From NCBI GenBank assembly GCA_963766075.1, contig CAVYAN010000075.1, forward strand, positions 23,268 through 87,267: DNA of 64,000 nucleotides, in the 5' to 3' direction. Numbering within the stretch: position 1 is the stretch's first letter; every line of letters begins with the position of its first letter. Source of the DNA: an uncultured cyanobacterium. GTDB taxonomy: Bacteria; Cyanobacteriota; Cyanobacteriia; Leptolyngbyales; Leptolyngbyaceae. Below are positions 20,804-30,438 of this stretch, in pieces. A program made the translations under genes and the position numbers. The notes below the pieces were generated by a model. It was given only the letters and a program-made list of their open reading frames with translations, did no database searches and had not been told where the DNA came from.

Positions 20804-22519
20804 CTAGGGACCATTCACTTGCTGGGGATCACGCCAGAATACAAGATCGTTATGAAGGCGCTGGATCTGGGTGCCGGGGTAGTAAAAGCTCAGAATTTTG
20901 TCACTGGACCACCCCATTTGTCCCAGCTTGTAGGATCCGACTTGGCTAAGGCCGACCCCATGCCCCAAGCCGCCGCCGGTAAATGTAAACCCTTTCAGCC
21001 TTTTTTGGTTGTCCAAAGCCGGATCGATGTAAAACAGGGTGCTATTAGGCGCTTCAAAGGCAACCAACAGCATATCTTTTTCCAGATCGATCGCCCCTTG
21101 GTCCGTTGTGACCCGCAGTTTTAACACTCGTCCCGACAGCGATCGCTCCACCACCTGAACCTTTTGAATCGTTTTGAAATTTGCCAGGGGACTTTTCTTT
21201 TGCTTCAAGTAATCCTGGAGCTCGTGGGTCATGTCCGCTAAGGAACTGCTCACCCGCCAGCGAAACCAGCTCGTCCCCTCTTCGTTAAAGCCCTTGCGGA
21301 GAGCGATAAAGCGGCGAAAGTTCTGTTCGTCGTTGAGGGGCTGTTGGCCAGTGTTCCACAGGCTATAGACCGAATCGATCACGGGGCGAAGGTAAGGGCG
21401 CTCGGCACCATGCCAAGCATCGGTAAAGGCCGCCGTCACGCCGCCCGTGGTAGAGGAATACACGGCATCCACCAGCTCATTGCCATAGGTAAGGACTTGT
21501 CCGGCGGTAGCGGCGATCGCCCGGTCAGTGGCAGTTGCCGTCCCATTAAGCCCAAAATAGACTTGACACTGGGTATCGGCACAGAGCTGATAATCATCAA
21601 TAGCAAAGCGCCGCAGATTACGCAGGGCATAGGTCCGGGCCAAAATCGCCTGTACTTCCAGAACGGCAGGATCCGCCTGAGTGCCAATTTCGTGGGGCAC
21701 AACCCCACGCAGGTAGGTTTCCAAAGGCACCTGATTTACCAGCGTATAGGTGCCATAGGCATTGGGTTGTAGCCGCAAACTGCCCGCAAAGAGTTGCCGT
21801 TCGAGATCCGGACTGGCGATCACTTGGATGACCCCGGTGCTCGAGGCAATCTCCATACGACTGCGGGTATAGCGGTTGCCGTTCACCACCAGGGAGGCTT
21901 TTGGCTCCTGGGTAATGACCTTGGCGTCAATGTAGGGCTGCTGATAGCCCTTGGCCCGCAGGCTATCTAGCAGCAAGCGCCGCAGCAACGGAGTGGGATA
22001 GGTTTCGCGCTTGGCCCAGACCTGCCAGCGCTTGGGCTGGGCTAGCTCGACAGCGATGCCCTGAGCTTTCCACGTATTGGCATCGGCTTCAGCACTCTCA
22101 AAACTGCGGTGATTGCTCAGGACAACCCGTTCCTCCACGCGGGCAACGGGTAGCGGTTGCATGACAATATCCAGCTTGGCGGCAGGGGCGGTAAGGGTTT
22201 GGGTTTTACCATCAGCATTCGGCACGCGCAGCGTCAAGCGATCGCCCACTGGAGCCTGCAAGCTAATCGTATCTTTGGCCGCACCAAAGCGTTGAACAAT
22301 ACCGATTTGCAGCGTTACATCCTGGGCAGCGGTAGCCTGCACAGGAGTCAAACCGCTGAGGGCGATCGCCGCCGCACCGAACAGCCAACGCCCAAGCTGC
22401 TGGAAAGACGCAAAGGGAAACGTACCTACTATTGGCAGCGGACCAGCCGTCATCTGAAGCGGACCCATAGTCAAAACTCTCACGATATTTTTCCTAAGGC
22501 GATCGCCTTTCATCATCAT
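20804..22519 (-). CDS. SpoIID/LytB domain protein (lytic transglycosylase-like)
   Basis: VNQVPLETYLRGVVPHEI, QAILARTYA, CADTQCQVY, YSSTTGG, GGGLGHGVGLSQ, ILSFYYPG. Start uncertain. Confidence 0.92.
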   Translation of the reverse strand: MMMKGDRLRKNIVRVLTMGPLQMTAGPLPIVGTFPFASFQQLGRWLFGAAAIALSGLTPVQATAAQDVTLQIGIVQRFGAAKDTISLQAPVGDRLTLRVPNADGKTQTLTAPAAKLDIVMQPLPVARVEERVVLSNHRSFESAEADANTWKAQGIAVELAQPKRWQVWAKRETYPTPLLRRLLLDSLRAKGYQQPYIDAKVITQEPKASLVVNGNRYTRSRMEIASSTGVIQVIASPDLERQLFAGSLRLQPNAYGTYTLVNQVPLETYLRGVVPHEIGTQADPAVLEVQAILARTYALRNLRRFAIDDYQLCADTQCQVYFGLNGTATATDRAIAATAGQVLTYGNELVDAVYSSTTGGVTAAFTDAWHGAERPYLRPVIDSVYSLWNTGQQPLNDEQNFRRFIALRKGFNEEGTSWFRWRVSSSLADMTHELQDYLKQKKSPLANFKTIQKVQVVERSLSGRVLKLRVTTDQGAIDLEKDMLLVAFEAPNSTLFYIDPALDNQKRLKGFTFTGGGLGHGVGLSQVGSYKLGQMGWSSDKILSFYYPGTQIQRLHNDLVFWRDPQQVNGP

Positions 22520-22561
22520 TTATATCTTTACAAGAAATAATAATTCCCACCCAGACTCCTA

Positions 22562-22615
22562 GACCCATGCTCCAAGATTGACCCATGCCCTAAGATTGAC
22601 CCATGCCCCAAGATT
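22562..22615. repeat. 18-bp tandem repeat GACCCATGCYCYAAGATT x3
   Basis: Read directly in the divergent intergenic region. Confidence 0.85.
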
Positions 22616-22747
22616 GATTAAACCCCGAACCCTTTATAGCCGCAATAAAACCACCCCCTGCTTTTGCTGGCCTCCTGCTCCTACTCTCCTGGTTCTGACC
22701 TCCTGGGATGATTTTTTGTTTGTAAGTCCCTAAAACTAAAAATCGAG

Positions 22748-22777
22748 TTGCAAAACGTAGTCATAACGAGTATGATT
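22748..22777 (+). promoter_or_regulatory. Sigma70 promoter of srxA with overlapping PerR/FurC-like operator
   Basis: TTGCAA-17 bp-TATGAT; inverted repeat AGTCATA-n5-TATGATT; core TCATAACGA resembles the Anabaena FurC box as I recall it. Confidence 0.65.
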
Positions 22778-22806
22778 TAAGGGTAAACGCACCGGAGGTC
22801 AGCATC

Positions 22807-23070
22807 ATGGTTCGGGTTGAAGCCGTCCCGCTCGATCGGATCCGTCGCCCATTTTATCGCCAGAATGATCCAGCCAAGGTAGCTGCCCTAATGGAGTCCA
22901 TTGGCGATATTGGCCAGCAAGAACCGATTGACGTTCTAGAAGTCGAAGGGCAATATTACGGATTTTCGGGCTGTCATCGCTTTGAAGCCTGCACGCGGTT
23001 GGGTCAGGAAACGATTCTGTGTCGCGTCCGGCGAGCCCCGCGATCGGTTCTACAAAAACATTTGGCGTAA
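22807..23070 (+). CDS. srxA: Sulfiredoxin (ParB/Srx fold)
   Basis: EPIDVLEV..YYGFSGCHRFEA signature; GGAGG ribosome site. Confidence 0.93.
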   Translation: MVRVEAVPLDRIRRPFYRQNDPAKVAALMESIGDIGQQEPIDVLEVEGQYYGFSGCHRFEACTRLGQETILCRVRRAPRSVLQKHLA

Positions 23071-23079
23071 TTCTGGGCG

Positions 23080-23242
23080 TAATTCCACCACAATGGGAGA
23101 GTAGAAGCAGTTCTGGAAACGTTCTCTCTACCGTGGCAGTTTACGTGGTTTATATGGCTTACACAGTTCATAGGAACTCACCTGAACTGGCCGGTTTGCA
23201 TTGGCCCGTTTGCGCTGGCCTCTTGATATTTTGTGCGTGTCA
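23080..23242 (+). ncRNA. ssrS: 6S RNA (cyanobacterial 6Sa type)
   Basis: GGGAGAGTAGAAGCAGT..CTACCGTGGCAGT..GAACTCACCTGAACTGGCCGGTTT..CCCGT..GCGCTG.CCTCTT matches the cyanobacterial 6S pattern as I recall it. 5' CACAATGGGAGAG can pair with 3' CTCTTGATATTTTGTG. Ends approximate. Confidence 0.8.
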
Positions 23243-23257
23243 ATCTAGGAGAAACAT

Positions 23258-23743
23258 ATGGCAACTCAAACGGCAATGCCGATCAACACCGGCATTGATG
23301 AGCAATCTCGCAAGGAAATCGCTGAAGGACTGTCACGCCTGCTAGCCGATACCTATTCTCTATACCTCAAAACCCATTACTTCCATTGGAATGTCACGGG
23401 TCCCATGTTCAGCACCCTGCATTTGATGTTTGAAACCCAATATACGGAACTAGCGCTGGCAGTAGATTTGGTCGCTGAGCGGATCCGTGCCCTTGGGTTT
23501 CCGGCTCCCGGTAGCTATGCCGACTATGCCCGCCTCACCTCCATCCCAGAAACCACCCACGTGCCGCCCGCCAATGAGATGATCAAGCTATTAGTGGAAG
23601 GTCAAGAGGCCGTAGTCCGTACCGCCCGGTCAATTTTTCCAGCGGCAGACAATGCCCACGACGAACCAACGGCAGATTTGCTAACCCAGCGGATGCAAAT
23701 CCATGAGAAAACCGCCTGGATGTTACGGAGTTTGTTGGAGTAG
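23258..23743 (+). CDS. dps: Dps family DNA starvation/stationary-phase protection protein
   Basis: [45 protein letters not shown] ribosome site. Confidence 0.96.
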   Translation: MATQTAMPINTGIDEQSRKEIAEGLSRLLADTYSLYLKTHYFHWNVTGPMFSTLHLMFETQYTELALAVDLVAERIRALGFPAPGSYADYARLTSIPETTHVPPANEMIKLLVEGQEAVVRTARSIFPAADNAHDEPTADLLTQRMQIHEKTAWMLRSLLE

Positions 23744-23847
23744 ATTTGTTGGAGTAGAACAGAGGTGGTAGGTTCTAGGGGATGGGGATCAACATTTTGG
23801 TTCCTGTCCCTTAGTTTTTATATTCGTTTTTATATTCGTTAGACTTT

Positions 23848-24531
23848 ATGGTTGTAGAGGCTGGACCAGACTTGACACGGGAGTTGCGATCGCACATGCA
23901 GCGCGTGGGCATCACCAGCTTTAAAGCCCTGAGTCAGCAAGCAGCGGTTTCAGCGCACCAAATTCGGCTGCTGCGGCAGGGCGCAATTTCCCAAGTCCGC
24001 CTAGAAACACTATTCAACCTCAGCACTGCCCTCCAAATAGAAGTTGGGGCACTGTTAGCCCTCTGCGGCCATCCACCGTCGGCCCCCGATTTGGCAACCT
24101 CCACGCCCCCGGCAGTTCTCCCCCAGTCCTCCCAGGCCACTCTCCAACAGGAATACGATCGCCTGCAAAGCCAACTGCACCAGCAGCGCAGCGAACTACA
24201 GCAGGAATTTCAACACTCGAGTTTGCACATTTTGGAATCCTTGATTCTGCAATTGCCGACAGCAATCTACGCGGCGGAACACAATCCCCAATGGCCCGCA
24301 GCCAAACTGTTGCCATTACTGAGGCCCATCGAGCGATTGCTGGAGCATTGGGGGGTTAAAGCCCTGGCCCCGGTAGGTGCGATCGTCCCCTACGATCCGC
24401 GCTACCATCAATTGCTCGATGGCACCGCCCAACCAAACGATACCGTCAAAGTCCGTTACACCGGCTACCAGCAAGGGGAAATCCTGCTTTATCGCGCCAA
24501 AGTCAGCCCCGTAACGAATCCTACGGCATAA
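23848..24531 (+). CDS. XRE-type HTH protein with coiled coil and GrpE-like C-terminal domain
   Basis: N-terminal SFKALSQQAAVS..LETLFNLSTALQI; C-terminal VPYDPRYHQLL..VKVRYTGY..LLYRAKV. Confidence 0.75.
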   Translation: MVVEAGPDLTRELRSHMQRVGITSFKALSQQAAVSAHQIRLLRQGAISQVRLETLFNLSTALQIEVGALLALCGHPPSAPDLATSTPPAVLPQSSQATLQQEYDRLQSQLHQQRSELQQEFQHSSLHILESLILQLPTAIYAAEHNPQWPAAKLLPLLRPIERLLEHWGVKALAPVGAIVPYDPRYHQLLDGTAQPNDTVKVRYTGYQQGEILLYRAKVSPVTNPTA

Positions 24532-24643
24532 TAAATCTATCTCCAGTGCATAACGGAGTAAACCAGCCCCAGCTTTCCACGGTTCCGGGCTGGTTTTTTA
24601 ATATGACCAATGCAGCAAGGCTGAATTAAAAATGTAAAGGTAA

Positions 24644-24695
24644 AACGACTCAGCAATAGACCCACGATGCCTGGTGGGTCTATTGCTGAGTCGTT
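24644..24695. terminator. Perfect 22-bp inverted repeat between convergent genes
   Basis: AACGACTCAGCAATAGACCCAC-gatgcctg-GTGGGTCTATTGCTGAGTCGTT. Confidence 0.7.
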
Positions 24696-24721
24696 ACAAC
24701 CTAAAATCTAAAACCCAAAAT

Positions 24722-25114
24722 CTAAAATCGAACGTGTTGCTTCACCACATCCAATTTTGAACAATGCCAATGGTCAACGTGAGAGGCGATTAATCCAGTG
24801 TCATTGAGGGTCAGTTCACTGCAACCGCTAATGGCGATCGCGGGTTTCCAGGGTAACGGGGTTCTCCAACGCAGCGTCCATTCCGAACGAATTGTATTGC
24901 CGTCTTGATGGAGTCCGTGTACTTCCATCCGGCAGTCGAGAAACCAAGTCTGGATTAAAGCGATCATTTGCTGGTAACGGGCAATGCCGCGAAACTCTGT
25001 CATCGGATCCTTGAAATAGACTTCCTTCGCATAAATGCTGTAGGTTTGGTCCTTGGGGAAGCGATCGTAGTCAGCCCGGAGAATAGTCAGAATGTCGCTT
25101 GAATTACCAGCCAT
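24722..25114 (-). CDS. DUF2358 (NTF2/SnoaL-like) protein
   Basis: DYDRFPKDQTYSIYAKEVYFKDP, WTLRWRTPLPWKP, IASHVDHW. Confidence 0.85.
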   Translation of the reverse strand: MAGNSSDILTILRADYDRFPKDQTYSIYAKEVYFKDPMTEFRGIARYQQMIALIQTWFLDCRMEVHGLHQDGNTIRSEWTLRWRTPLPWKPAIAISGCSELTLNDTGLIASHVDHWHCSKLDVVKQHVRF

Positions 25115-25426
25115 CGCGATCGCCATCTTGCCAGATTTCTAGATCTAATTCGTCTAAATAACTCAGGGCATTGGCGATGCGATCATCCCCCCCTTCAGCT
25201 CCAGATCAAACCAACCATCCCCAGTAGCATTGCTGCCCAAAATAGCCGCTGTGATGTTTACCGTTAGGCCATAGTGCGACACCAGCTTAGAAATCACGGG
25301 TTCTTGATGCAGCGTTTTAGGAATTCTGATCCGAATGCGTTTCTCAGTCCTACGCCGATCTTCGGCATTCAATGTTGCCGGGTCGAATTCAGTTAATTCA
25401 GTCAATTCAGTCAATTCAGTCGTCAT
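25104..25426 (-). CDS. Stand-alone NIL-domain protein (frameshift at the G7 run, 25187-25193)
   Basis: RIRIPKTLHQEPVISKLVSHYGLTVNITAAIL..GWFDLELKG; adding one G continues GDDRIANALSYLDELDLEIWQDGDRDGW*. Confidence 0.85.
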
Positions 25427-25428
25427 GG

Positions 25429-26298
25429 CTATTCCACCTCCTTAATTCGCGTTTTGCGCTCTAGAATTTCTTTCAGCACCAACGTCACCACTGCCAACAA
25501 CGCCAAGAGAACTGCCGCTGAATAAGCCGCCTCCGTTTCGTATTGCTTGTAGGCATCTTCCACATAAAGCGGCAAACTCTGGGTTTTGCGGGCAATATTG
25601 CCCGACACCACCGATACCGCGCCAAATTCGCCCATTGCTCTCGCATTGGTCAAAATTAACCCATAAAGCAAACCCCAGCGAATATTAGGCAAGGTAACAC
25701 GCCAAAAGGTCTGCCATTCACTAGCGCCTAGAGTTTGAGCCGCTTCTTCCTGGTCTCCCCCCGCTTCCTCTAATACTGGAATAACTTCCCGAGCAACAAA
25801 GGGCATGCTAACGAACAGGGTGGCCAACAACATCCCCGGAAAGGCGAAAACCACCTTGAAGTTGGCGGCAGCCAAAGCAGGACCAAACCAGCCCTGCCGT
25901 CCATAGAGCAGCACGATCATTAACCCAGCAACCACCGGAGAAATGGAGAACGGCAAATCAATAATGCTGAGCAGTAAGCTACGACCGGGAAATTTATGGC
26001 GGGCGATCGCCCACGCCGCACACAGGCCAAACACCGCATTAATCGGGACAACAATCACCGCAATCAGCACCGTCAACCCCGCCGCGCTCAGAAAATCAGG
26101 CCGAATCAGGTTGGCAAAAAACGGTCCCATCCCTTTTTTAAAGGCTTGAATAAATACATTTAACGCAGGCACATAGAGCACCAGGGCCAGATAGGCGATC
26201 GTCACCCCAATCAACACCGCCGGTACCCAATTTTTGGATGCAGCCTGCGATCGCGGCTGGGGAGCAGGGTCAAAACTAGAATCAATATCAAGGGTCAT
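25429..26298 (-). CDS. cysW: Sulfate ABC transporter permease CysW
   Basis: IIDLPFSISPVVAG, PFVAREVIPVL, EEAAQTLGA, NARAMGEFGAV. Confidence 0.95.
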   Translation of the reverse strand: MTLDIDSSFDPAPQPRSQAASKNWVPAVLIGVTIAYLALVLYVPALNVFIQAFKKGMGPFFANLIRPDFLSAAGLTVLIAVIVVPINAVFGLCAAWAIARHKFPGRSLLLSIIDLPFSISPVVAGLMIVLLYGRQGWFGPALAAANFKVVFAFPGMLLATLFVSMPFVAREVIPVLEEAGGDQEEAAQTLGASEWQTFWRVTLPNIRWGLLYGLILTNARAMGEFGAVSVVSGNIARKTQSLPLYVEDAYKQYETEAAYSAAVLLALLAVVTLVLKEILERKTRIKEVE

Positions 26299-26412
26299 GA
26301 TCGGCTCACTTTCTCCATTTGACAGCAACAGTATCGGGTTGAATTTTGGATTCTAGAACTTAGCTTCTCGTAGCCCAGACACGCCGCACCCCCAAAATCC
26401 ATCCCTCAGAGT

Positions 26413-26456
26413 CATTTTTAATTTTGCATTTTTAATTTTGCATTTTTAATTTTGCA
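26413..26456. repeat. 14-bp tandem repeat CATTTTTAATTTTG x3
   Basis: Read directly between cysT and cysW; doubled-heptamer STRR type. Confidence 0.9.
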
Positions 26457-26464
26457 GCCTCACC

Positions 26465-27331
26465 CTAGCTATACCGCCGCCCCCAAGCCTGAAGCAGATT
26501 AATCGCTAACAAAGACACGAGTGAAATCAGGAGCAACACAACACCAATCACCGTAGCTCCGGAATAGTCATACTGTTCCAATCGCTGAAAAATTAAAACT
26601 GGAGCAATTAAATCCTTAAACGGAGTATTGGATGCCACAATCACCGTAGACCCATACTCGCCAACCGCCCGGGAGAATCCCAGCGCCACTCCCGTTAAGA
26701 CAGCGGGGAACAACGGTGGTAAAATCACTTTCCAAAAGGTGACCCACTGCGAAGCCCCCAAACACCAAGCCGCTTCTTCCACATCTTTTTCCAATTCTTG
26801 CAAAACGGGTTGCACGGTTCGCACCACAAATGGCAACGAAATAAAAATCATAGCCACACCCACACCCAGCCGAGAAAAGGCAATCTTAATGCCATAGGGT
26901 GCAAAGAGGGAGCCAATCCAGCCATTATCGCTGTAAACCGTTGCCAGCGTTAGCCCTGCAACGGAGGTCGGCAGCGCAAAGGGTAAATCCACAGACGCCT
27001 CGATGATCCGTTTTCCGGGAAAATGGTAGCGCACTAGCACCCAAGCAATCAAGGTGCCAAATAGTCCGTTGAGGAGTGCAGCCACCAGGGCAGTCGTAAA
27101 GGTGACATCATAGGCAGAAAGGGCGATCGGGCTAGTTGCAATCCGCCAAAAGTCAGCAGGCTTTTCGGTACTGGCCTTGAGAAACATAGCACTCACAGGC
27201 AAGAGCAACATCACCGAGAGGTAGATAATGGTCACACGCCATGCCCAAGACAGTTGGGTGATGGTTTGCCAACCCCTTTGCCAAAAGGGTTTCGGTGGAA
27301 CTGAGGGCGGGGCTGAGGAAGAAGTTGCCAT
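26465..27331 (-). CDS. cysT: Sulfate ABC transporter permease CysT
   Basis: [50 protein letters not shown]. Confidence 0.95.
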   Translation of the reverse strand: MATSSSAPPSVPPKPFWQRGWQTITQLSWAWRVTIIYLSVMLLLPVSAMFLKASTEKPADFWRIATSPIALSAYDVTFTTALVAALLNGLFGTLIAWVLVRYHFPGKRIIEASVDLPFALPTSVAGLTLATVYSDNGWIGSLFAPYGIKIAFSRLGVGVAMIFISLPFVVRTVQPVLQELEKDVEEAAWCLGASQWVTFWKVILPPLFPAVLTGVALGFSRAVGEYGSTVIVASNTPFKDLIAPVLIFQRLEQYDYSGATVIGVVLLLISLVSLLAINLLQAWGRRYS

Positions 27332-27678
27332 AGGAGATGAGGCCGTGAGAACCAATAGAAAACTAGCGTAGCGCAAGATGCCATCAATGCTGAAAAGTCA
27401 ATGCTGAACAAAGGCTGAACCAAAGGAGGTTGAACAAGAGAGCTGAACCAGGAGGTTGAAAAATCGGGATGTATGAGGCCAAAGGAGGCTTGATCTAATA
27501 CATCCCTCTGACGAAACCAGCCATGGGCGTGGCTCCAGGAGGCTTCACTCAAAGCTGGCAAGCAGTAAAGCCTGCTTAACTAGCCTGCTTAACTAGGATT
27601 CCCCGGCTCTGCCTCGGAACGCGAGGTGGCCCCTAATTTTGTCCCGCTGAATGTTGTTCTGAATCTTGTTCTGAGCGC

Positions 27679-28809
27679 CTAGCGCTTAATCGATGCCTGA
27701 ATCTGGTCAAAGATCGCCCCATCAGCAAAGAACTTCTTCTGAACTTCACTCCAGCCGCCGTAGTCTTTGACGGTGCCTAGGCTCTTCACCACAGGATATT
27801 GATCAGCCACGGCTTTGGTTTTGGCTACGCTTTCATCCACAGGCCGGAACCCCACTTTGGCAAATTCAGCCTGCGCCTCTGGGGTGAACAAGTACTGGAC
27901 AAAGGCTTCCGCGACTTCTCGATTGCCATGCTTATCGACATTTTGATCGACGACTGCAATGGGATTGTCAATGGAAATATTAACATCGGGAATCACGAAG
28001 GCCGCTTTCTCACCCTTTTGCTGGGCAAGAATGATTTCATTTTCGTAATTGATTAGGGCATCGCCCTGACCTTGTTTAATGAACACATCTGTGGCTTCGC
28101 GAGCATCCTTAGTCAGGACCGGAACATTCTTGTAGATTTTTGTAACAAACTCTAGGGCCTTCGCTTCGTCACTTCCGGACTTGACCGCCGCATTCCAGAG
28201 TGCGAGGAAGTTCCAGCGGGCAATTCCAGAGGTTTTGGGATCGGCAGTAATTAACTTGACATCATCTCTAGCCAGATCGGCCCAGGTTTTAATCCCTTTG
28301 GGATTGCCTTCACGGGTAATCAACGCCGCGACGCTTTTGGAAACAATGCCATCATTGGGCGTTTCTTTTTCCCAACCCGGAGCAATTAATCCTGCTTTTT
28401 CAATCTTCTGGGTATCTAGGGCCAAGGCCAAGTGCACAACATCAGCTTCTAAGCCATCGACTACGGCACGGGTCTGAGAACCAGAGCCGCCATAGCTTTG
28501 TTTGAAGGTGACAGTTTGGCCCTTTTCTTGCTTCCACTTTTCCACAAACTTGGGAATGATGGCTTCGTGGGCTGTTTTGGTTACCGCAAAGGAGACTAGG
28601 GTAAGCTCCACCTCTTTTGGATTACTGGCCCCTTGAGTGTTGCCTCCTGGACTGGTTCCCCCGCCTCCGCAGGATGCCAACGCAACACTCAAGGTTGTCC
28701 CCACTAAAAATAAACTGATAAAACGTTTTACTGAATCTAGCCTGAACCGATTCCCGCTCCCTTGAGGGCGTTGATCACCCCGGTTCAGATTGTGTTGCCA
28801 AAAGTTCAT
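27679..28809 (-). CDS. sbpA: Sulfate ABC transporter substrate-binding lipoprotein
   Basis: Lipobox LASC, QSYGGSGSQTRAVVDGLEADVV, DPKTSGIARWNFLA, DAREAT, NYENE. Confidence 0.95.
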   Translation of the reverse strand: MNFWQHNLNRGDQRPQGSGNRFRLDSVKRFISLFLVGTTLSVALASCGGGGTSPGGNTQGASNPKEVELTLVSFAVTKTAHEAIIPKFVEKWKQEKGQTVTFKQSYGGSGSQTRAVVDGLEADVVHLALALDTQKIEKAGLIAPGWEKETPNDGIVSKSVAALITREGNPKGIKTWADLARDDVKLITADPKTSGIARWNFLALWNAAVKSGSDEAKALEFVTKIYKNVPVLTKDAREATDVFIKQGQGDALINYENEIILAQQKGEKAAFVIPDVNISIDNPIAVVDQNVDKHGNREVAEAFVQYLFTPEAQAEFAKVGFRPVDESVAKTKAVADQYPVVKSLGTVKDYGGWSEVQKKFFADGAIFDQIQASIKR

Positions 28810-28831
28810 TATCTAGCGCTCCTATTTGAAT

Positions 28832-28859
28832 CCACAGTAATCGAATCGGAATACCGTGG
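28832..28859. promoter_or_regulatory. 28-bp imperfect palindrome upstream of sbpA (candidate sulfur-regulon operator)
   Basis: CCACAGTAATCGAATCGGAATACCGTGG, about 22 bp upstream of the sbpA start in the divergent promoter region. Confidence 0.55.
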
Positions 28860-29100
28860 TTTTCATCATCCTACCGAGAGGGATTGGAAAATGCAAGCAC
28901 TAATCCCCCTAAATCTTGACCAACAAACGAGGAATTGGTTCAGGGTGTTGCCGTGGAGCGATCGCTCCATCGTGCCAGTTCCCATTAACAGTTCCCAATA
29001 TTACGGCAGAACTCTCTTTGCAACGCCAGCCCCAAATGCCTGCCACAGCACAAACATCTGGTCCCAAAACAACTGTAAAATGCAACTGCACCTCCATCCC

Positions 29101-30309
29101 ATGGCTATGACAGGCATCTCTACCTCCACTGTTGCGCCGCTTCCGCTGGATCAGCATCGCCAGCAATTTTCAGCATTGCAAACCAAAGCTTACTTTAACT
29201 ACGGTGGTCAAGGTCCCCTGCCCCAGGCGGCATTGCTGGCGATGCAACAGTCGTGGCAGCGCGTGCAACAGGATGGCCCCTTCGGGGGCAAAGTGAATCG
29301 CTGGTTGGTGACGGAGGGCGATCGCACCCGCGCTGCCATGGCGGCGGAACTGGGCACTACCGCCGATACCCTGACGCTGACAGAGGATGTCTCGGTGGGC
29401 TGTAATATCGCCCTGTGGGGACTGGATTGGAAGTACGGCGATCGCCTGCTGCTATCGGATTGCGAGCATCCCGGCATCATTGCTGCGGCTCAGGAACTAC
29501 ACCGCCGATTCGGGGTGGAAATCCTGGTTTGCCCATTACGGGCGACATTGAATGAGGGCGATCCCGTCGCGGTACTGGCCCAGCATTTGCAGCCGAATAC
29601 ACGTCTCGTGGTGCTTAGCCATATTTTGTGGAATACTGGGCAGGTTTTGCCATTAGCGGAAATGGTGGCGGCGTGCCACAGCTATTCTAGCCGTGATCCA
29701 GTTCGGGTGTTGGTGGATGCGGCTCAGTCCGTCGGGGTGTTGCCCTTAAATCTGACGGAATTGCAGGCAGACTTTTATGCCTTTACAGGGCATAAATGGT
29801 GGTGCGGTCCGGAGGGGGTTGGCGGGCTGTACGTCCGACCGGAGGTACGAGACAGTTTGAGTCCAACATTTGTTGGGTGGCGCAGCATTACCTCGGATGC
29901 GCTTGGCCAACCGACCGGATGGCAAGCCGATGGCCGACGGTATGAAATTGCGACTTCGGCGTATCCCCTTTACGCCGGGGTTCGGGCCGCGATCGCCTTG
30001 CATCACCAGTGGGGAACAGCCCAAGAGCGCTACCAGCGAATTTGTGCCCTCAGCCACTACCTCTGGCAAAAGCTGATGGACCTACCGGGGGTGTCCTGTT
30101 TGCGGACGCGCTCACCGGAAGCGGGATTGGTGTCGTTTCAGGTGCCGGGGAAATCCCACGCCCAACTGGTCCAGACCCTAGAAACCCAATCCATTTTGGT
30201 GCGGACCATTTTGAATCCAGACTGTGTGCGGGCCTGTGTCCATTACTTCACCCTGGAGGCTGAGTGCGATCTCCTGGTGGAGGCCGTTCGAGCCTGGGCG
30301 ATCGCCTAG
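29101..30309 (+). CDS. Class V PLP aminotransferase, L-cysteine/cystine lyase (C-DES-like)
   Basis: YFNYGGQGP, EHPG, SHILWNTGQ, LVDAAQSVG, FTGHKWWCGP, RACVHY. Start moved downstream from 28762. Confidence 0.88.
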   Translation: MAMTGISTSTVAPLPLDQHRQQFSALQTKAYFNYGGQGPLPQAALLAMQQSWQRVQQDGPFGGKVNRWLVTEGDRTRAAMAAELGTTADTLTLTEDVSVGCNIALWGLDWKYGDRLLLSDCEHPGIIAAAQELHRRFGVEILVCPLRATLNEGDPVAVLAQHLQPNTRLVVLSHILWNTGQVLPLAEMVAACHSYSSRDPVRVLVDAAQSVGVLPLNLTELQADFYAFTGHKWWCGPEGVGGLYVRPEVRDSLSPTFVGWRSITSDALGQPTGWQADGRRYEIATSAYPLYAGVRAAIALHHQWGTAQERYQRICALSHYLWQKLMDLPGVSCLRTRSPEAGLVSFQVPGKSHAQLVQTLETQSILVRTILNPDCVRACVHYFTLEAECDLLVEAVRAWAIA

Positions 30310-30438
30310 CGATCGTTGAGCTACAGCCTACTTCCTAAAGCCTGCTTTAAAGCGGTTTCCTCAAGAGAAATTGGGCTAAGGCCCGTTGTTACCCTTGGGA
30401 TGACAACGGGCTTTCCCCATACCAGCGGAACGGTGGTT

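Noticed and set aside
22562..22615. Direct repeats as a possible CRISPR array (also 32964, 52012, 59558)
   Set aside because: Units are contiguous, at most 18 bp, with no spacers and no cas genes in the window.
23019..23345. 108-aa ORF between srxA and dps
   Set aside because: It overlaps both genes and the 6S RNA-like sequence and has no recognisable motifs.
28762..29100. N-terminal extension of the cystine lyase ORF
   Set aside because: It overlaps the sbpA start and promoter; family similarity begins after about 29101.
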